The notes under the pieces: model-generated
Told to the model about the DNA's origin: nothing
What the model saw: the letters and a program-made list of their open reading frames with translations, nothing else
The model's database searches: none
Source: Myxococcota bacterium
Lineage (GTDB): Bacteria > Myxococcota_A > Polyangia > Polyangiales > Sandaracinaceae
Assembly: GCA_036149055.1 (NCBI GenBank)
Contig: JAYZQJ010000007.1
Span: 75,485-139,484 of the forward strand
Direction: 5' to 3'
DNA length: 64,000 nt
Shown: in pieces, positions 1 to 9,109 of the stretch
How positions within the stretch are numbered: the first letter of the stretch is position 1
How the letters are laid out: the number at the start of each line of letters is the position of its first letter
Program-made: the position numbers and the translations under genes

Positions 1-45
1 CGTGCCCTTCGCCGGCGACGACTGGACCCGCGAGCTCGGCCCGCC

Positions 46-1179
46 GTGAGCGTCGACCGCCCGATCTTCGATCGGCTGCCCGGCTTCGACGCGCCGTGGG
101 AGCCGCTGGGCGACTTCCCGACCCCGGTCGAGCCGATGCGCGAGACGGGAGCGCGGCTCGGCGCCCCGGACGCGTTGTGGATCAAGCGAGACGATCTCTC
201 GTCGCCGGTCTACGGAGGCAACAAGGTCCGCACCCTGGAGGCGCTCTTCGGGCTGGCGAAGGCGCGAGGCGCCGCCCGCGTCTACTCGACCGGCGCCTAC
301 GGGAGCAACCACGCCACCGCCACCGTGCTGCACGCCCCGCGCGCCGGGCTCGAGCCGGGGGTGATCCTCTTCCCGCAGCCGAAGAGCCACGCCGCGGTCG
401 AGAACCTCCGGGTGATGCTCTCGCGCCGGCCGGCGCTGCGGGCCCTGCCGCACTGGTCGTTTCTCCCTCTCGGCATGCAGTGGCAGGCGCTCCAGGACCG
501 CCGGGCCGGGATCGAGGCGTTCCAGATGGTCCCCGGCGGCGCGACCCCGGAGGGCGCGCTCGGCTACGTGTCGGCGGCGCTCGAGCTGGCCCTCCAGGTC
601 GAGGCGGGCGAGGCCCCGCGACCGCGTCAGGTGCTGCTCGGGGTGGGCTCGACCTGCACGAGCGCGGGGCTCCTGCTCGGGCTCCGGATCGCCGCGGCGC
701 TCGGGATCGGCTGGAAGACGCCGCCCCGGATCGTCAGCGTGCGCGTCACCCCGTGGCCGGTCACGAGCGCCTTCCGCATCGTCGGCCTCGCGGTCCGCAC
801 CGGCCAGCTCCTCGCGCGCATCACCGGCGAGCGTCGCTGGGGGCGGTCCCGCGCCGAGCTCGCGGCCGGGCTCGAGGTCGACGGCGGCCAGCTGGGGCTC
901 GGCTACGGTCGCCCGACCGCGCGCGGCGTCGAGGCCATCCGTTGGGTCCGCGAGGCCGAGGGGCTGGAGCTCGACACGACCTACAGCGCCAAGGCGTTCG
1001 CGGCCGCCCTCGCGCGGGCCCGCGCCCACGCCGCCCGGACCGACGAGCCGGGCCCGCTCCTCTACTGGTCGACCAAGAGCACCGCGCCCCTGCCCGAGGT
1101 CGACGAGGCCGACTGGCGCTGGGCCCCCCGCGCGATGACGCGGTGGATCGAGCGGGCTCAGAAGAAGCCGCGGGCCTGA
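46..1179 (+). CDS. PLP-dependent enzyme, D-cysteine desulfhydrase/ACC deaminase family
   Basis: PTP, IKRDD, GGNKVR (PLP lysine), SNH and DTTYSAK motifs; GTG start overlaps a TGA at 47-49. Confidence 0.85.
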   Translation: MSVDRPIFDRLPGFDAPWEPLGDFPTPVEPMRETGARLGAPDALWIKRDDLSSPVYGGNKVRTLEALFGLAKARGAARVYSTGAYGSNHATATVLHAPRAGLEPGVILFPQPKSHAAVENLRVMLSRRPALRALPHWSFLPLGMQWQALQDRRAGIEAFQMVPGGATPEGALGYVSAALELALQVEAGEAPRPRQVLLGVGSTCTSAGLLLGLRIAAALGIGWKTPPRIVSVRVTPWPVTSAFRIVGLAVRTGQLLARITGERRWGRSRAELAAGLEVDGGQLGLGYGRPTARGVEAIRWVREAEGLELDTTYSAKAFAAALARARAHAARTDEPGPLLYWSTKSTAPLPEVDEADWRWAPRAMTRWIERAQKKPRA

Positions 1180-1442
1180 TCCGGGGTCACCCCGTCGACC
1201 GCGACCCGCTTGCTCCGCCCGGTCTCGCCGCTGGTGATGCGCACCGCCGACTTCGCCACCCCGAGGCGCTTGGCGAGGAGCTTCACGAGCGCCGCGTTGG
1301 CCGCGCCGTCGACCGGCGGCGCGGTGAGCGACACCTTCAGCGCGCCGTCGTGGGCCCCGCCGATCGCGTCTCGGCTCGCCCGCGGGCTGACCCGCACCCG
1401 GAAGGCGCAGCCGGTCTCGGTGGCCTCGATCACCACGGTCAC
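1158..1442 (-). CDS. DUF167 (YggU-like) protein, ~94 aa
   Basis: C-terminal part of track ORF 1158..3089: VRVSPRASR, APPVDGAANAALVKLLAK, SGETGRSK; GTG start at 1442 inferred. Confidence 0.85.
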   Translation of the reverse strand: MTVVIEATETGCAFRVRVSPRASRDAIGGAHDGALKVSLTAPPVDGAANAALVKLLAKRLGVAKSAVRITSGETGRSKRVAVDGVTPDQARGFF

Positions 1443-1478
1443 TCGACGGAGCCTAGCCGCTCGGCCAAGCTCCGCGCG

Positions 1479-2033
1479 ATGGCGAACAAGACGGGGCTGC
1501 CGGGCGCCCCGAAGGAGAAGCTCGGCGCGCCGACGATCATGGACCGCGCGCTCGCCGCGAGTCACGGCGTCACCTACGTGCACCTCGCGGTCTTCTCGAT
1601 CGACGTCGACCGGATCCGCGAGGCGGTCGAGGGCTACGACGACCCGCGCCCCTTCGGCTGGGAGGTGTTCCTCACCGAGCAGTACCTCCTGACCCACTTC
1701 GACCCGGCCAAGCGCCCCGAGGAGGCGGCGTTCTTCGAGGAGGTCGTGCTCTCGATCCTCGACGGCCGGCCCGACGCGCTCGGCTCGCAGCTCTCGTTCG
1801 CGGTGTGGGACGCGATCCAGCGCGGCCGGTTCCCCAAGCGCCTGGAGGGCGCGTTCCGGAGCTGGAAGGCGCGGCCCAAGGAGCTGGTGAAGGATCTCGC
1901 GAAGCTGTGGGCCGACGAGGAGGCGCTCCGGGAGTCGCTCGCGCGCGGCTGCCTCGAGGTCACGCTCGAGCCGCCGCTCGCCCCGCCGACCGTCGAGGCG
2001 CTCCGGGATCTTGCCGACCCCCTGGTCGGTTGA
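1479..2033 (+). CDS. hypothetical protein, 184 aa
   Basis: ATG at 1479 (MANKTGLPG...); normal protein composition, unlike the Arg/Pro-rich upstream part of the track ORF. Confidence 0.7.
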   Translation: MANKTGLPGAPKEKLGAPTIMDRALAASHGVTYVHLAVFSIDVDRIREAVEGYDDPRPFGWEVFLTEQYLLTHFDPAKRPEEAAFFEEVVLSILDGRPDALGSQLSFAVWDAIQRGRFPKRLEGAFRSWKARPKELVKDLAKLWADEEALRESLARGCLEVTLEPPLAPPTVEALRDLADPLVG

Positions 2034-2066
2034 CCCGGGCCATCCCTCGGACGAGAGTTCGCGCCG

Positions 2067-2978
2067 ATGCACCCGATCCTGTTCGAGATCCCCGGCGTGG
2101 GCCCCGTCTACTCGTACGGAGTGATGCTGGGCACCTCGCTCTTCGCCGCGTGGTTCCTGATCATGTGGCTCGGGGAGACCAAGGAGGGCCTCGACACGGA
2201 CACGATGGCCGGCACCTTCATCACGACCGCCATCGTCGCGATCGTGATGAGCCGGGTCCTCTACATCCTCACCAACCCCGAGGACTTCGGCGACCCGGCC
2301 GACTGGTTCAGGCTCAGCGCGGGCGGGCTCGTCGCCTACGGCGGCTTCCTCGGCGGGCTGCTCGGCTCCTGGCTCTATCTGCGCCGCAAGCCGGGCGCGA
2401 GCCTGCTCGGGTGGGCCGACGTGGTCGCGCCGACCCTGGGCATCGGGCTCGGGGCGACCCGGATCGGCTGCTACCTCTACGGCTGCGACTTCGGCGCGCC
2501 GCTCTCGGCCGACGCGCCCTCCTGGCTGCGCGATTGGGGCACCTTCCCGCGGCACGCCGACGGCACCGGCTCGCCGGCCTGGTCGCACCACGTCGCCGAG
2601 TACGACCTGTCGCCGCTCAGCGACTACAGCCTCCCGGTCCACCCGACCCAGCTCTACGAGTCGCTCTTCGGCTTCGCGCTCGCCGGCCTCGCGCTCTGGC
2701 TCTGGCGGCGCCGCGCCTTCAAGGGCCAGATCATCCTCACGATCACCGCCCTCTACGCCGTCTGGCGCTTCTTCATCGAGTACGTGCGGGACGATCCGGA
2801 GCGCGGCTTCTACCTCGGCTTCTCGACCTCGCAGCTCATCTCGCTCGCGCTGCTCCCGATGGTGGGCTTCCTCTATCAGCAGCTCGCCAAGCAGGCGAAG
2901 CAGGCCCCGGTCCCGGCCGAGGAGCCGCCGGCCGAGAAGCCCCGGAAGAAGAAGGCGAAGAAGAAGAAGCGCGCCTGA
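2067..2978 (+). CDS. lgt: prolipoprotein diacylglyceryl transferase
   Basis: MHPILF start, YGVM, GGLVAYGG, RIGCYLYGCDFG, HPTQLYES, RFFIEYVR; multiple TM segments. Confidence 0.92.
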   Translation: MHPILFEIPGVGPVYSYGVMLGTSLFAAWFLIMWLGETKEGLDTDTMAGTFITTAIVAIVMSRVLYILTNPEDFGDPADWFRLSAGGLVAYGGFLGGLLGSWLYLRRKPGASLLGWADVVAPTLGIGLGATRIGCYLYGCDFGAPLSADAPSWLRDWGTFPRHADGTGSPAWSHHVAEYDLSPLSDYSLPVHPTQLYESLFGFALAGLALWLWRRRAFKGQIILTITALYAVWRFFIEYVRDDPERGFYLGFSTSQLISLALLPMVGFLYQQLAKQAKQAPVPAEEPPAEKPRKKKAKKKKRA

Positions 2979-3088
2979 CGGCCTGTCAGGAGGCGCCCGG
3001 GGGCGATGACAGAATGTCAGCCACCGGGGCGTCGGGCGGCCCGGATCCTCGCGGGATCGGCCTCGACACGCTCGGCACGCCGGCTGCA

Positions 3089-3544
3089 ATGCCTGAAGGC
3101 ATGCAGTCCCGATTCGTGCTCTACAGCGTGCTCGCGACCCTCTTCATCGGCGGCTTCGCCTTCGTGGCGGACGCGCTGGTGGTCTCGGACGAGGAGCACC
3201 TCGGCGAGCTGGCCGAGGCGGTGACCGAAGGCGACGGCCAGGCGCGGGTCGACGCGGCGATGCGCTGGATGGATCTCTCGCGCGCCGAGGTGACCGTCCG
3301 GCAGAACGGCTCGAGCGCCACCTTCGACGAGGGCGACGGCTTCCGGCTCCAGCGGGAGGTCGAGGACGCGCTCTCGGCGTTCCGCGACCCGGACGCGGAG
3401 GTGGTCCAGCGCTCGGTCGACGTCGACGGGGAGCGAGCCACCGTCGCCGTCCGGGTGCGCACCGGCGGCGCGGCCCACGACGCGAGCTTCCACCTCGTCC
3501 GGAGCGGGCAGGGCTGGCTCGTGGAGCGGCTCTCGACGCGCTGA
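3089..3544 (+). CDS. hypothetical membrane-anchored protein (possible NTF2-like fold)
   Basis: ATG at 3089 or 3101, N-terminal hydrophobic helix, C-terminal beta-rich VDVDGERATV...FHLVRSGQGWLV. Confidence 0.55.
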   Translation: MPEGMQSRFVLYSVLATLFIGGFAFVADALVVSDEEHLGELAEAVTEGDGQARVDAAMRWMDLSRAEVTVRQNGSSATFDEGDGFRLQREVEDALSAFRDPDAEVVQRSVDVDGERATVAVRVRTGGAAHDASFHLVRSGQGWLVERLSTR

Positions 3545-3584
3545 CCTTTGCATCGGGCCCCGGCCTCCCTATGTCGGTGTCGTC

Positions 3585-4946
3585 ATGCACGTCATCAACC
3601 CGACCACGGGCGAGAAGGGCCAGCAGTTCGAGCTCCACACCGACGAGGAGGTGGAGGCGAAGCTGAAGCTCGCCGCCGGCTCCCAGGCGCAGTGGGCCCA
3701 GACCCCGCTCCATCACCGCGCGGAGCTGCTCCGGCGCGTGGCCGAGAGCCTCCGGTCGCAGAAGCGGCCGCTCGCCGAGCTCATGACCCGGGAGATGGGC
3801 AAGCCGATCGCCCAGGGGGAGAGCGAGGCGGAGAAGTGCGCCTGGGTCTGTGACTACTACGCCGAGAACGCGGCCGCGTTCCTGGCCCGGGAGGACATCG
3901 AGACCGACGCGAGCGAGAGCTACGTCGCCCACCGCCCGTACGGCGTGGTCCTCGCGATCATGCCGTGGAACTTCCCCTTCTGGCAGCTCTTCCGGCACGC
4001 GGCGCCCGGGCTGATGGCCGGCAACGCCATCCTGCTGAAGCACGCCGCCAACGTGCCCGGCTGCGCCGAGGCGATCGAGCGCATCTTCGTCGAGGCCGGC
4101 TTCCTCCACGGCCTGGTGACCAACCTGCGCATGGACCACGACGTGTCCGAGCGGGTCATCCGCGATCCCCGGGTCGCGGGCGTCACCCTCACCGGCTCGA
4201 CCGCGGCCGGCAAGAAGATCGCGTCGATCGCGGGCGAGGCGCTCAAGAAGACCGTGCTCGAGCTCGGCGGCAGCGACCCCTACGTCATCCTCGACGACGC
4301 CGACCTCGAGGAGGCGGTGGAGGCCTGCGTGAAGAGCCGGCTGATCAACAACGGCCAGAGCTGCATCGCGGCCAAGCGCTTCATCGTCACCGAGAAGAAC
4401 CACGACGCCTTCGTCGAGCGCATGGTCGCGCGGATGGCGGACCAGTCGATGGGCGACCCGATGGAGGAGAGCACCGACGTCGGGCCGCAGGCGCGCGAGG
4501 ACCTGCGCGACGAGCTGCACGCCCAGGTCGAGAAGAGCGTGGAGGCGGGCGCGACCGTGGCGCTCGGCGGGGAGATCCCCGACCGGCCCGGCTTCTTCTA
4601 TCCGCCCACCGTGCTCACCGGGGTGGCGAAGGGCATGCCGGCCTACGACGAGGAGCTCTTCGGCCCGGTCGCCGCGGTGATCCGCGCGAAGGACGAGGAG
4701 GAGGCGATCGCGATCGCGAACGACACCTCCTTCGGGCTGGGGGCGGCGGTGTTCACCGCCGACGTCGCGCGGGGCCGCGAGATCGCCGAGACCCGCCTGC
4801 ACGCGGGCTGCTGCTTCGTGAACACGTTCGTGCGGAGCGACCCGCGGCTGCCGTTCGGCGGGGTGGGGGAGAGCGGCTACGGCCGCGAGCTCGCCCGCCA
4901 GGGCATCCTCGAATTCGTCAACCAGAAGACCGTCTACGTCGCCTGA
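3585..4946 (+). CDS. NAD(P)-dependent succinate-semialdehyde dehydrogenase-like aldehyde dehydrogenase
   Basis: INPTTGE, MPWNFP, TGST, LELGGSDP, GQSC (catalytic Cys), EELFGP, PFGG. Confidence 0.92.
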   Translation: MHVINPTTGEKGQQFELHTDEEVEAKLKLAAGSQAQWAQTPLHHRAELLRRVAESLRSQKRPLAELMTREMGKPIAQGESEAEKCAWVCDYYAENAAAFLAREDIETDASESYVAHRPYGVVLAIMPWNFPFWQLFRHAAPGLMAGNAILLKHAANVPGCAEAIERIFVEAGFLHGLVTNLRMDHDVSERVIRDPRVAGVTLTGSTAAGKKIASIAGEALKKTVLELGGSDPYVILDDADLEEAVEACVKSRLINNGQSCIAAKRFIVTEKNHDAFVERMVARMADQSMGDPMEESTDVGPQAREDLRDELHAQVEKSVEAGATVALGGEIPDRPGFFYPPTVLTGVAKGMPAYDEELFGPVAAVIRAKDEEEAIAIANDTSFGLGAAVFTADVARGREIAETRLHAGCCFVNTFVRSDPRLPFGGVGESGYGRELARQGILEFVNQKTVYVA

Positions 4947-5064
4947 TCGTCCGCCGACCGGGACCGTGTCGCTTTTGTGACGGGGCGCCGAAACGTGTTG
5001 AACGAATCGATTCGGGGAACATGATCGCGGCGTCTTGAGCGGAGACGAAAGACCATCTGGGAAG

Positions 5065-6168
5065 ATGGAGGGGCCGAGCGGTTTCGGGCTCGCCAACCTC
5101 TACGACTTCTTCGTCGAGATCGTCGTCCGCGAGCGGGTCTTCCTCACCCTGCTCGGCGTCGGCTTCCTGGTCGCCGCGCTCACCTACGACATCCCGCGGA
5201 TCGCGATGTGGGTGGGCTTCGGGGTCGCCGGCTACTCCGCGGTCGCCAACGACAGCATCCAGACCATCGGCACCTTCATCGCGTCCAACCGCGAGCAGCG
5301 CTGGTGGCATCTCTGGCTGTTCATCGGCGGCATCTGGCTCGCGACCGTAGGCTACAGCTGGTGGGCCTACGACGGCGACGTCACCTACGGGCGACTCGCG
5401 GCGAAGGGCTTCGACGAGTCGCCGACCAGCTTCTCGTTCCTGCAGGTCGCGGCGCCGCTCTTCCTGCTCGTCCTGACCCGGCTGCGCATGCCGGTCTCGA
5501 CCACCTTTCTCCTGCTGTCGAGCTTCGCCGCCGGCGCAGGCAGCGTCGCGTCGGTGATGACCAAGAGCCTGGCCGGCTACGGCGTCGCGTTCGGGGCGGC
5601 GTTCGTGATCTGGATGGCGACCACCAAGATCATGGACCGGCACTTCACCGGGCCGCCGGCTGGCTTCTGGCGGCCGTTCCAGTGGGTGACCAGCGGGCTG
5701 CTCTGGAGCGTCTGGATCCAGCAGGACGCGGCCAACATCGCCGTCTATCTCCCTCGCCAGCTGAGCCCCATCCAGGTGCTCGCGTTCGGCGGAGTCGTGT
5801 TCGTGGGGCTCGGCTTCCTCTTCAAGATGGGCGGCGAGCGGGTCCAGGAGATCGTCGACGAGAAGTCGAACGTCGTCGACGTGCGCGCGGCCACCGTGAT
5901 CGACCTCGTCTACGCGGTGATCCTCTACGTCTTCAAGATCTGGTCGAACGTGCCGATGAGCACGACCTGGGTGTTCATCGGGCTGCTGGGCGGCCGCGAG
6001 CTGGCGATGTCGATCCGCAAGAGCTCGGAGCTCAGCCTGAAGCAGGCCGGCAAGCTGATGGGGCGCGACGTGCTCGCGGCCGGCATCGGCCTGATCGTCT
6101 CGCTGGCCCTCGCCTACGCGGTGAACCAGGACTTCCGCGACGAGGTCTGGAACACCTTCGCGGGTTGA
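5065..6168 (+). CDS. integral membrane protein, distant PiT (inorganic phosphate transporter)-like permease
   Basis: About 10 TM segments; duplicated PiT-like signatures AND...PVSTT and DAAN...PMSTT; start 5065 (or TTG 5035). Confidence 0.6.
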   Translation: MEGPSGFGLANLYDFFVEIVVRERVFLTLLGVGFLVAALTYDIPRIAMWVGFGVAGYSAVANDSIQTIGTFIASNREQRWWHLWLFIGGIWLATVGYSWWAYDGDVTYGRLAAKGFDESPTSFSFLQVAAPLFLLVLTRLRMPVSTTFLLLSSFAAGAGSVASVMTKSLAGYGVAFGAAFVIWMATTKIMDRHFTGPPAGFWRPFQWVTSGLLWSVWIQQDAANIAVYLPRQLSPIQVLAFGGVVFVGLGFLFKMGGERVQEIVDEKSNVVDVRAATVIDLVYAVILYVFKIWSNVPMSTTWVFIGLLGGRELAMSIRKSSELSLKQAGKLMGRDVLAAGIGLIVSLALAYAVNQDFRDEVWNTFAG

Positions 6169-6182
6169 GCGAGACTGCCGGC

Positions 6183-6692
6183 ATGAGCGACGAGCAGCGC
6201 ATCGAGTCCTTCGAGGAGTTCTGGCCCTACTATCTGTCGGAGCATCGGAACCCGACCTCCCGCCGGCTGCACTTCGTCGGCACGAGCGGATTCCTGGCGA
6301 GCTGCGCGGCCAGCGCCGCCCTCCACCCGGTCCGCTTCCCGCTGGCGATGGCCGGCTTCGCGGCGATCGGGCGCGACGCGCTGAAGAAGGGCGAGACCGA
6401 CGGCCCGTCCTTCAAGCACATCGCCGGCATGCTCGCCTGCGGCGTCGCCGGCTCCCCGCTCACCTTCCCCGCCGGCGTCGTCTTCGCCTACGGCTGCGCG
6501 TGGATCGGGCACTTCAAGGTGGAGCACAACCGCCCCGCGACCTTCAAGTACCCGCTCTGGTCGCTCGCGAGCGACTTCAAGATGTGGTCGCTGATGCTCC
6601 GCGGGAAGCTCTGGAGCGGCGACCCGCTCGAGGAGCTCGGCCTCGAGGACCCCGACGTGGAGCCGCCCCCCGCGCCCCACGTGATGGCCTGA
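6183..6692 (+). CDS. DUF962 / Mpo1-like membrane protein
   Basis: FEEFWPYYLSEH, RRLHFVG, AWIGHFKVEHNRPATFKYPLWSL. Confidence 0.85.
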   Translation: MSDEQRIESFEEFWPYYLSEHRNPTSRRLHFVGTSGFLASCAASAALHPVRFPLAMAGFAAIGRDALKKGETDGPSFKHIAGMLACGVAGSPLTFPAGVVFAYGCAWIGHFKVEHNRPATFKYPLWSLASDFKMWSLMLRGKLWSGDPLEELGLEDPDVEPPPAPHVMA

Positions 6693-6724
6693 GTCCCCGA
6701 CCTGGGAGGAGGGGACTGGGAGGA

Positions 6725-6795
6725 GGGGACGGAGTGAACTTGTGAACTCACGTCGGCGTCATGCCTACGTAAGTTCACAAGTCAACTCCGTCCCC
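6725..6795. repeat. 71-bp imperfect palindrome (33-bp arms, 29/33 complementary) with GGGGAC...GTCCCC ends
   Basis: Left arm GGGGACGGAGTGAACTTGTGAACTCACGTCGGC; reverse complement of right arm GGGGACGGAGTTGACTTGTGAACTTACGTAGGC; preceded by 14-bp tandem duplication CTGGGAGGAGGGGA (6702-6729). Confidence 0.85.
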
Positions 6796-8266
6796 ATGTC
6801 TTCGGATGGGGGCGGCGTCGGCGGCGGACCCACGGGGCGGCGAGCAGGACGGTGAGCCAGAGGGCGCTCGGGCGGGAGCGGGTCGCGCGGCAGCCGCAGC
6901 CTGCTGACTCGGGCGGCGAGGCGGGGCCGGCGTCCAGGGGCGCGCCGGCGTCGGGGCCCGGCGGCGCGAGGCCGAGGAGAGTCCGGAGCGCGGGCGCGGG
7001 GGCGACGACGCCGCGGCCATAGAGCGGGTCGTGGCCGGTCTCGTCGGGGGTCGCGAACGGCGCCGGCCGCGTGGTCTCGAGCAGCACGTCGTGGATCTCG
7101 GCGGCCGTGGCCTCGGGATCGGCGCTGAAGAGCAGGCCGGCGACGCCCGCCACCACGGGGCAGGCGGACGAGGTGCCGCCGAAGAGGCTCGTGTAGTCGG
7201 TGTCGTTCTCGCCCTCGGCGCCCTGGATGTCGGTCGTGAACGTGCCGGTCGGCGCGGTGAGGTCGAGCGACGGGCCGAAGTTGCTGAACGGCGCGGCCTC
7301 GTCGAAGAGGGTCAGGGCGCCCACCGCGATCACCCCGCGCACGCCGGTCAGCTCGTCGTCCGACAGCGCGCGGTTGTCGTTCCCGGCGGCGAAGACGACG
7401 AGCGCGCCGAGACCGCCGCGCCCGTTGTCGTGGAGGTCCTCCAGCACCGCCCGGAGCATCGGCGGGGCGTCGATGGGCTCGGCGAAGCCCCAGCTGTTCG
7501 AGACGACCGCCGCGCCCTGATCGAAGGCGTAGCGGAAGGCGGCGATGTCCGCGCTGAGCGGCGTGAGGCTGCCGCGCGTGCCCAGCAGGCGGACGCAGCG
7601 GAGCGTGCACTCGGGGCAGACCCCCGCCACGCCGACGCCGTTGTCGCCCACCGCCGCCGCGATGCCCGCGCACGCGGTCCCGTGCTCGTTCCCCGGCTCG
7701 CCCGGGACGAAGCTCGGGTCGTCGTCCTCGTCTCGCACGTCCCGGCCGCCGAGCAGCGCGGCCTCCAGGTCGGGGTGCGTCATGTCGCAGCCGTTGTCGA
7801 CGATGACGATGGTGGTCGACGGGTCGCCGGTCTCGATCGCCCACGCCTCCTCGACGCCGATCCGCTCCAGGTACCACTGCCCGCCGTAGCGCGGATCGTT
7901 CGGGGGCACGTCGATCGCTTCCGTCTGCCGCGGCAGGTAGAGGTCGGGCATCACGTCGAGGAGGGCGCCGTCGCCCGCGAGGCGATCCGCCAGCGCCGCG
8001 CCGTCCCCCGACGCGTCACGCACCCGCCAGATGCCGAGCCGCGGGTGGATCGCGCGGGGCACGTCCAGGTCGCGTGAGGCGGCCCAGCGCGCGGCGTCGA
8101 CCCCGGGCCGAACCCGCACCAGCGCGTGCGCCCCGACCTGCGCCTCGATGCGCGCGCCGCCCGCTTCGTAGGTCGTCGCCGTCAACGCGTCCGGCGCGGT
8201 CTGCGCAGACGCCATCGCGCCCTGCAGAAGAAAAAACGAAGCGATGAGATTGACAGCCGTTCTCAT
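6782..8266 (-). CDS. S8 (subtilisin-like) serine peptidase with MYXO-CTERM tail, 494 aa
   Basis: Triad motifs VDNG, HGTACAG, GTSSACP; signal-like N-terminus from ATG 8266; tail GCGCRA-hydrophobic-RRRRR. Confidence 0.9.
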   Translation of the reverse strand: MRTAVNLIASFFLLQGAMASAQTAPDALTATTYEAGGARIEAQVGAHALVRVRPGVDAARWAASRDLDVPRAIHPRLGIWRVRDASGDGAALADRLAGDGALLDVMPDLYLPRQTEAIDVPPNDPRYGGQWYLERIGVEEAWAIETGDPSTTIVIVDNGCDMTHPDLEAALLGGRDVRDEDDDPSFVPGEPGNEHGTACAGIAAAVGDNGVGVAGVCPECTLRCVRLLGTRGSLTPLSADIAAFRYAFDQGAAVVSNSWGFAEPIDAPPMLRAVLEDLHDNGRGGLGALVVFAAGNDNRALSDDELTGVRGVIAVGALTLFDEAAPFSNFGPSLDLTAPTGTFTTDIQGAEGENDTDYTSLFGGTSSACPVVAGVAGLLFSADPEATAAEIHDVLLETTRPAPFATPDETGHDPLYGRGVVAPAPALRTLLGLAPPGPDAGAPLDAGPASPPESAGCGCRATRSRPSALWLTVLLAAPWVRRRRRPHPKTWGRS

Positions 8267-8278
8267 TCTCACCAAGGT
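8246..8278 (+). promoter_or_regulatory. putative Fur-like box overlapping a sigma70-like promoter
   Basis: ATTGACAGCCGTTCTCATT (8249-8267) matches AATGAGAATCATTCTCATT at 14/19; exact TTGACA at 8250-8255; weak -10 CAAGGT at 17-bp spacing; upstream of the HmuY/TBDR operon. Confidence 0.55.
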
Positions 8279-8314
8279 AGCGCACCTTCGCGGCCCCACG
8301 GAAGAGGAAACACG

Positions 8315-9109
8315 ATGCGCTTGATACTCGGCCTGACCCTGACTCTCTTCGCCGTCGGTTGTGACGACGGCGCGATGGTCGTCGACGACGCCGGGACGAC
8401 TCCCGAGACCGACGCCGGCCTCCCGCCCGGGGACTCGGGCGCTCCGCCCGTCGACTCCGGGGCGGCACGCGAGGTCGCCTGCGTCGACGAGTCGATCTCG
8501 CAGCTGATGCTCTTCGACGACGTCTCGAGCGGCGCCATCACCGAGGAGAGCGCGGAGAGCGGCACCTTCGTGCACCACGTCGACGCGACCGCGGGCGGCC
8601 GGGCGCCGACCGAGAGCTACGTCTACGCGCGCTTCACCGACGCGGGCCTCGAGAAGGTCGAGATCGACGACGAGTCGGCGTTCGAGTCCAACGACTGGCA
8701 CATCGCGCTCCGCCGCTTCGTCATCCGCGTCAACGGCGGCGTCTCGGGCCCGGGCACCGTCACCGCGGCCCGCACCGCCCCGGACACCGCCTTCGAGACC
8801 CTCGACGCCGTGCCGGACGGGCTGATGTACCGCGAGGAGGCGTACTTCACCGACACCTGCGAGTACGTCTCCGACGGGTCGGGCATCGGCTCTCCCGCCA
8901 CCGCCCTCGCGAGCTTCTGGACGTACGCCGGCTGCGTCGCGATGACCGGCAACGTCTACGTGGTCGCGCTCCCGAGCGGCCGTCACGTCAAGCTGCAGGT
9001 CCTCTCGTACTACAGCCCGGACGTCCAGACGACCTGCGACGAGAGCAGCACCATCAGCAGCCCGTCGGGCGCGGGCAACCTGCGAATCCAGTGGGCCTTC
9101 ATCGACTGA
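8315..9109 (+). CDS. HmuY-family heme-binding lipoprotein, 264 aa
   Basis: RBS GAGGA, lipobox-like FAVGC, VDATAGG, WHIALRRFVIRVNGGVSG, VKLQVLSYY. Confidence 0.75.
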   Translation: MRLILGLTLTLFAVGCDDGAMVVDDAGTTPETDAGLPPGDSGAPPVDSGAAREVACVDESISQLMLFDDVSSGAITEESAESGTFVHHVDATAGGRAPTESYVYARFTDAGLEKVEIDDESAFESNDWHIALRRFVIRVNGGVSGPGTVTAARTAPDTAFETLDAVPDGLMYREEAYFTDTCEYVSDGSGIGSPATALASFWTYAGCVAMTGNVYVVALPSGRHVKLQVLSYYSPDVQTTCDESSTISSPSGAGNLRIQWAFID

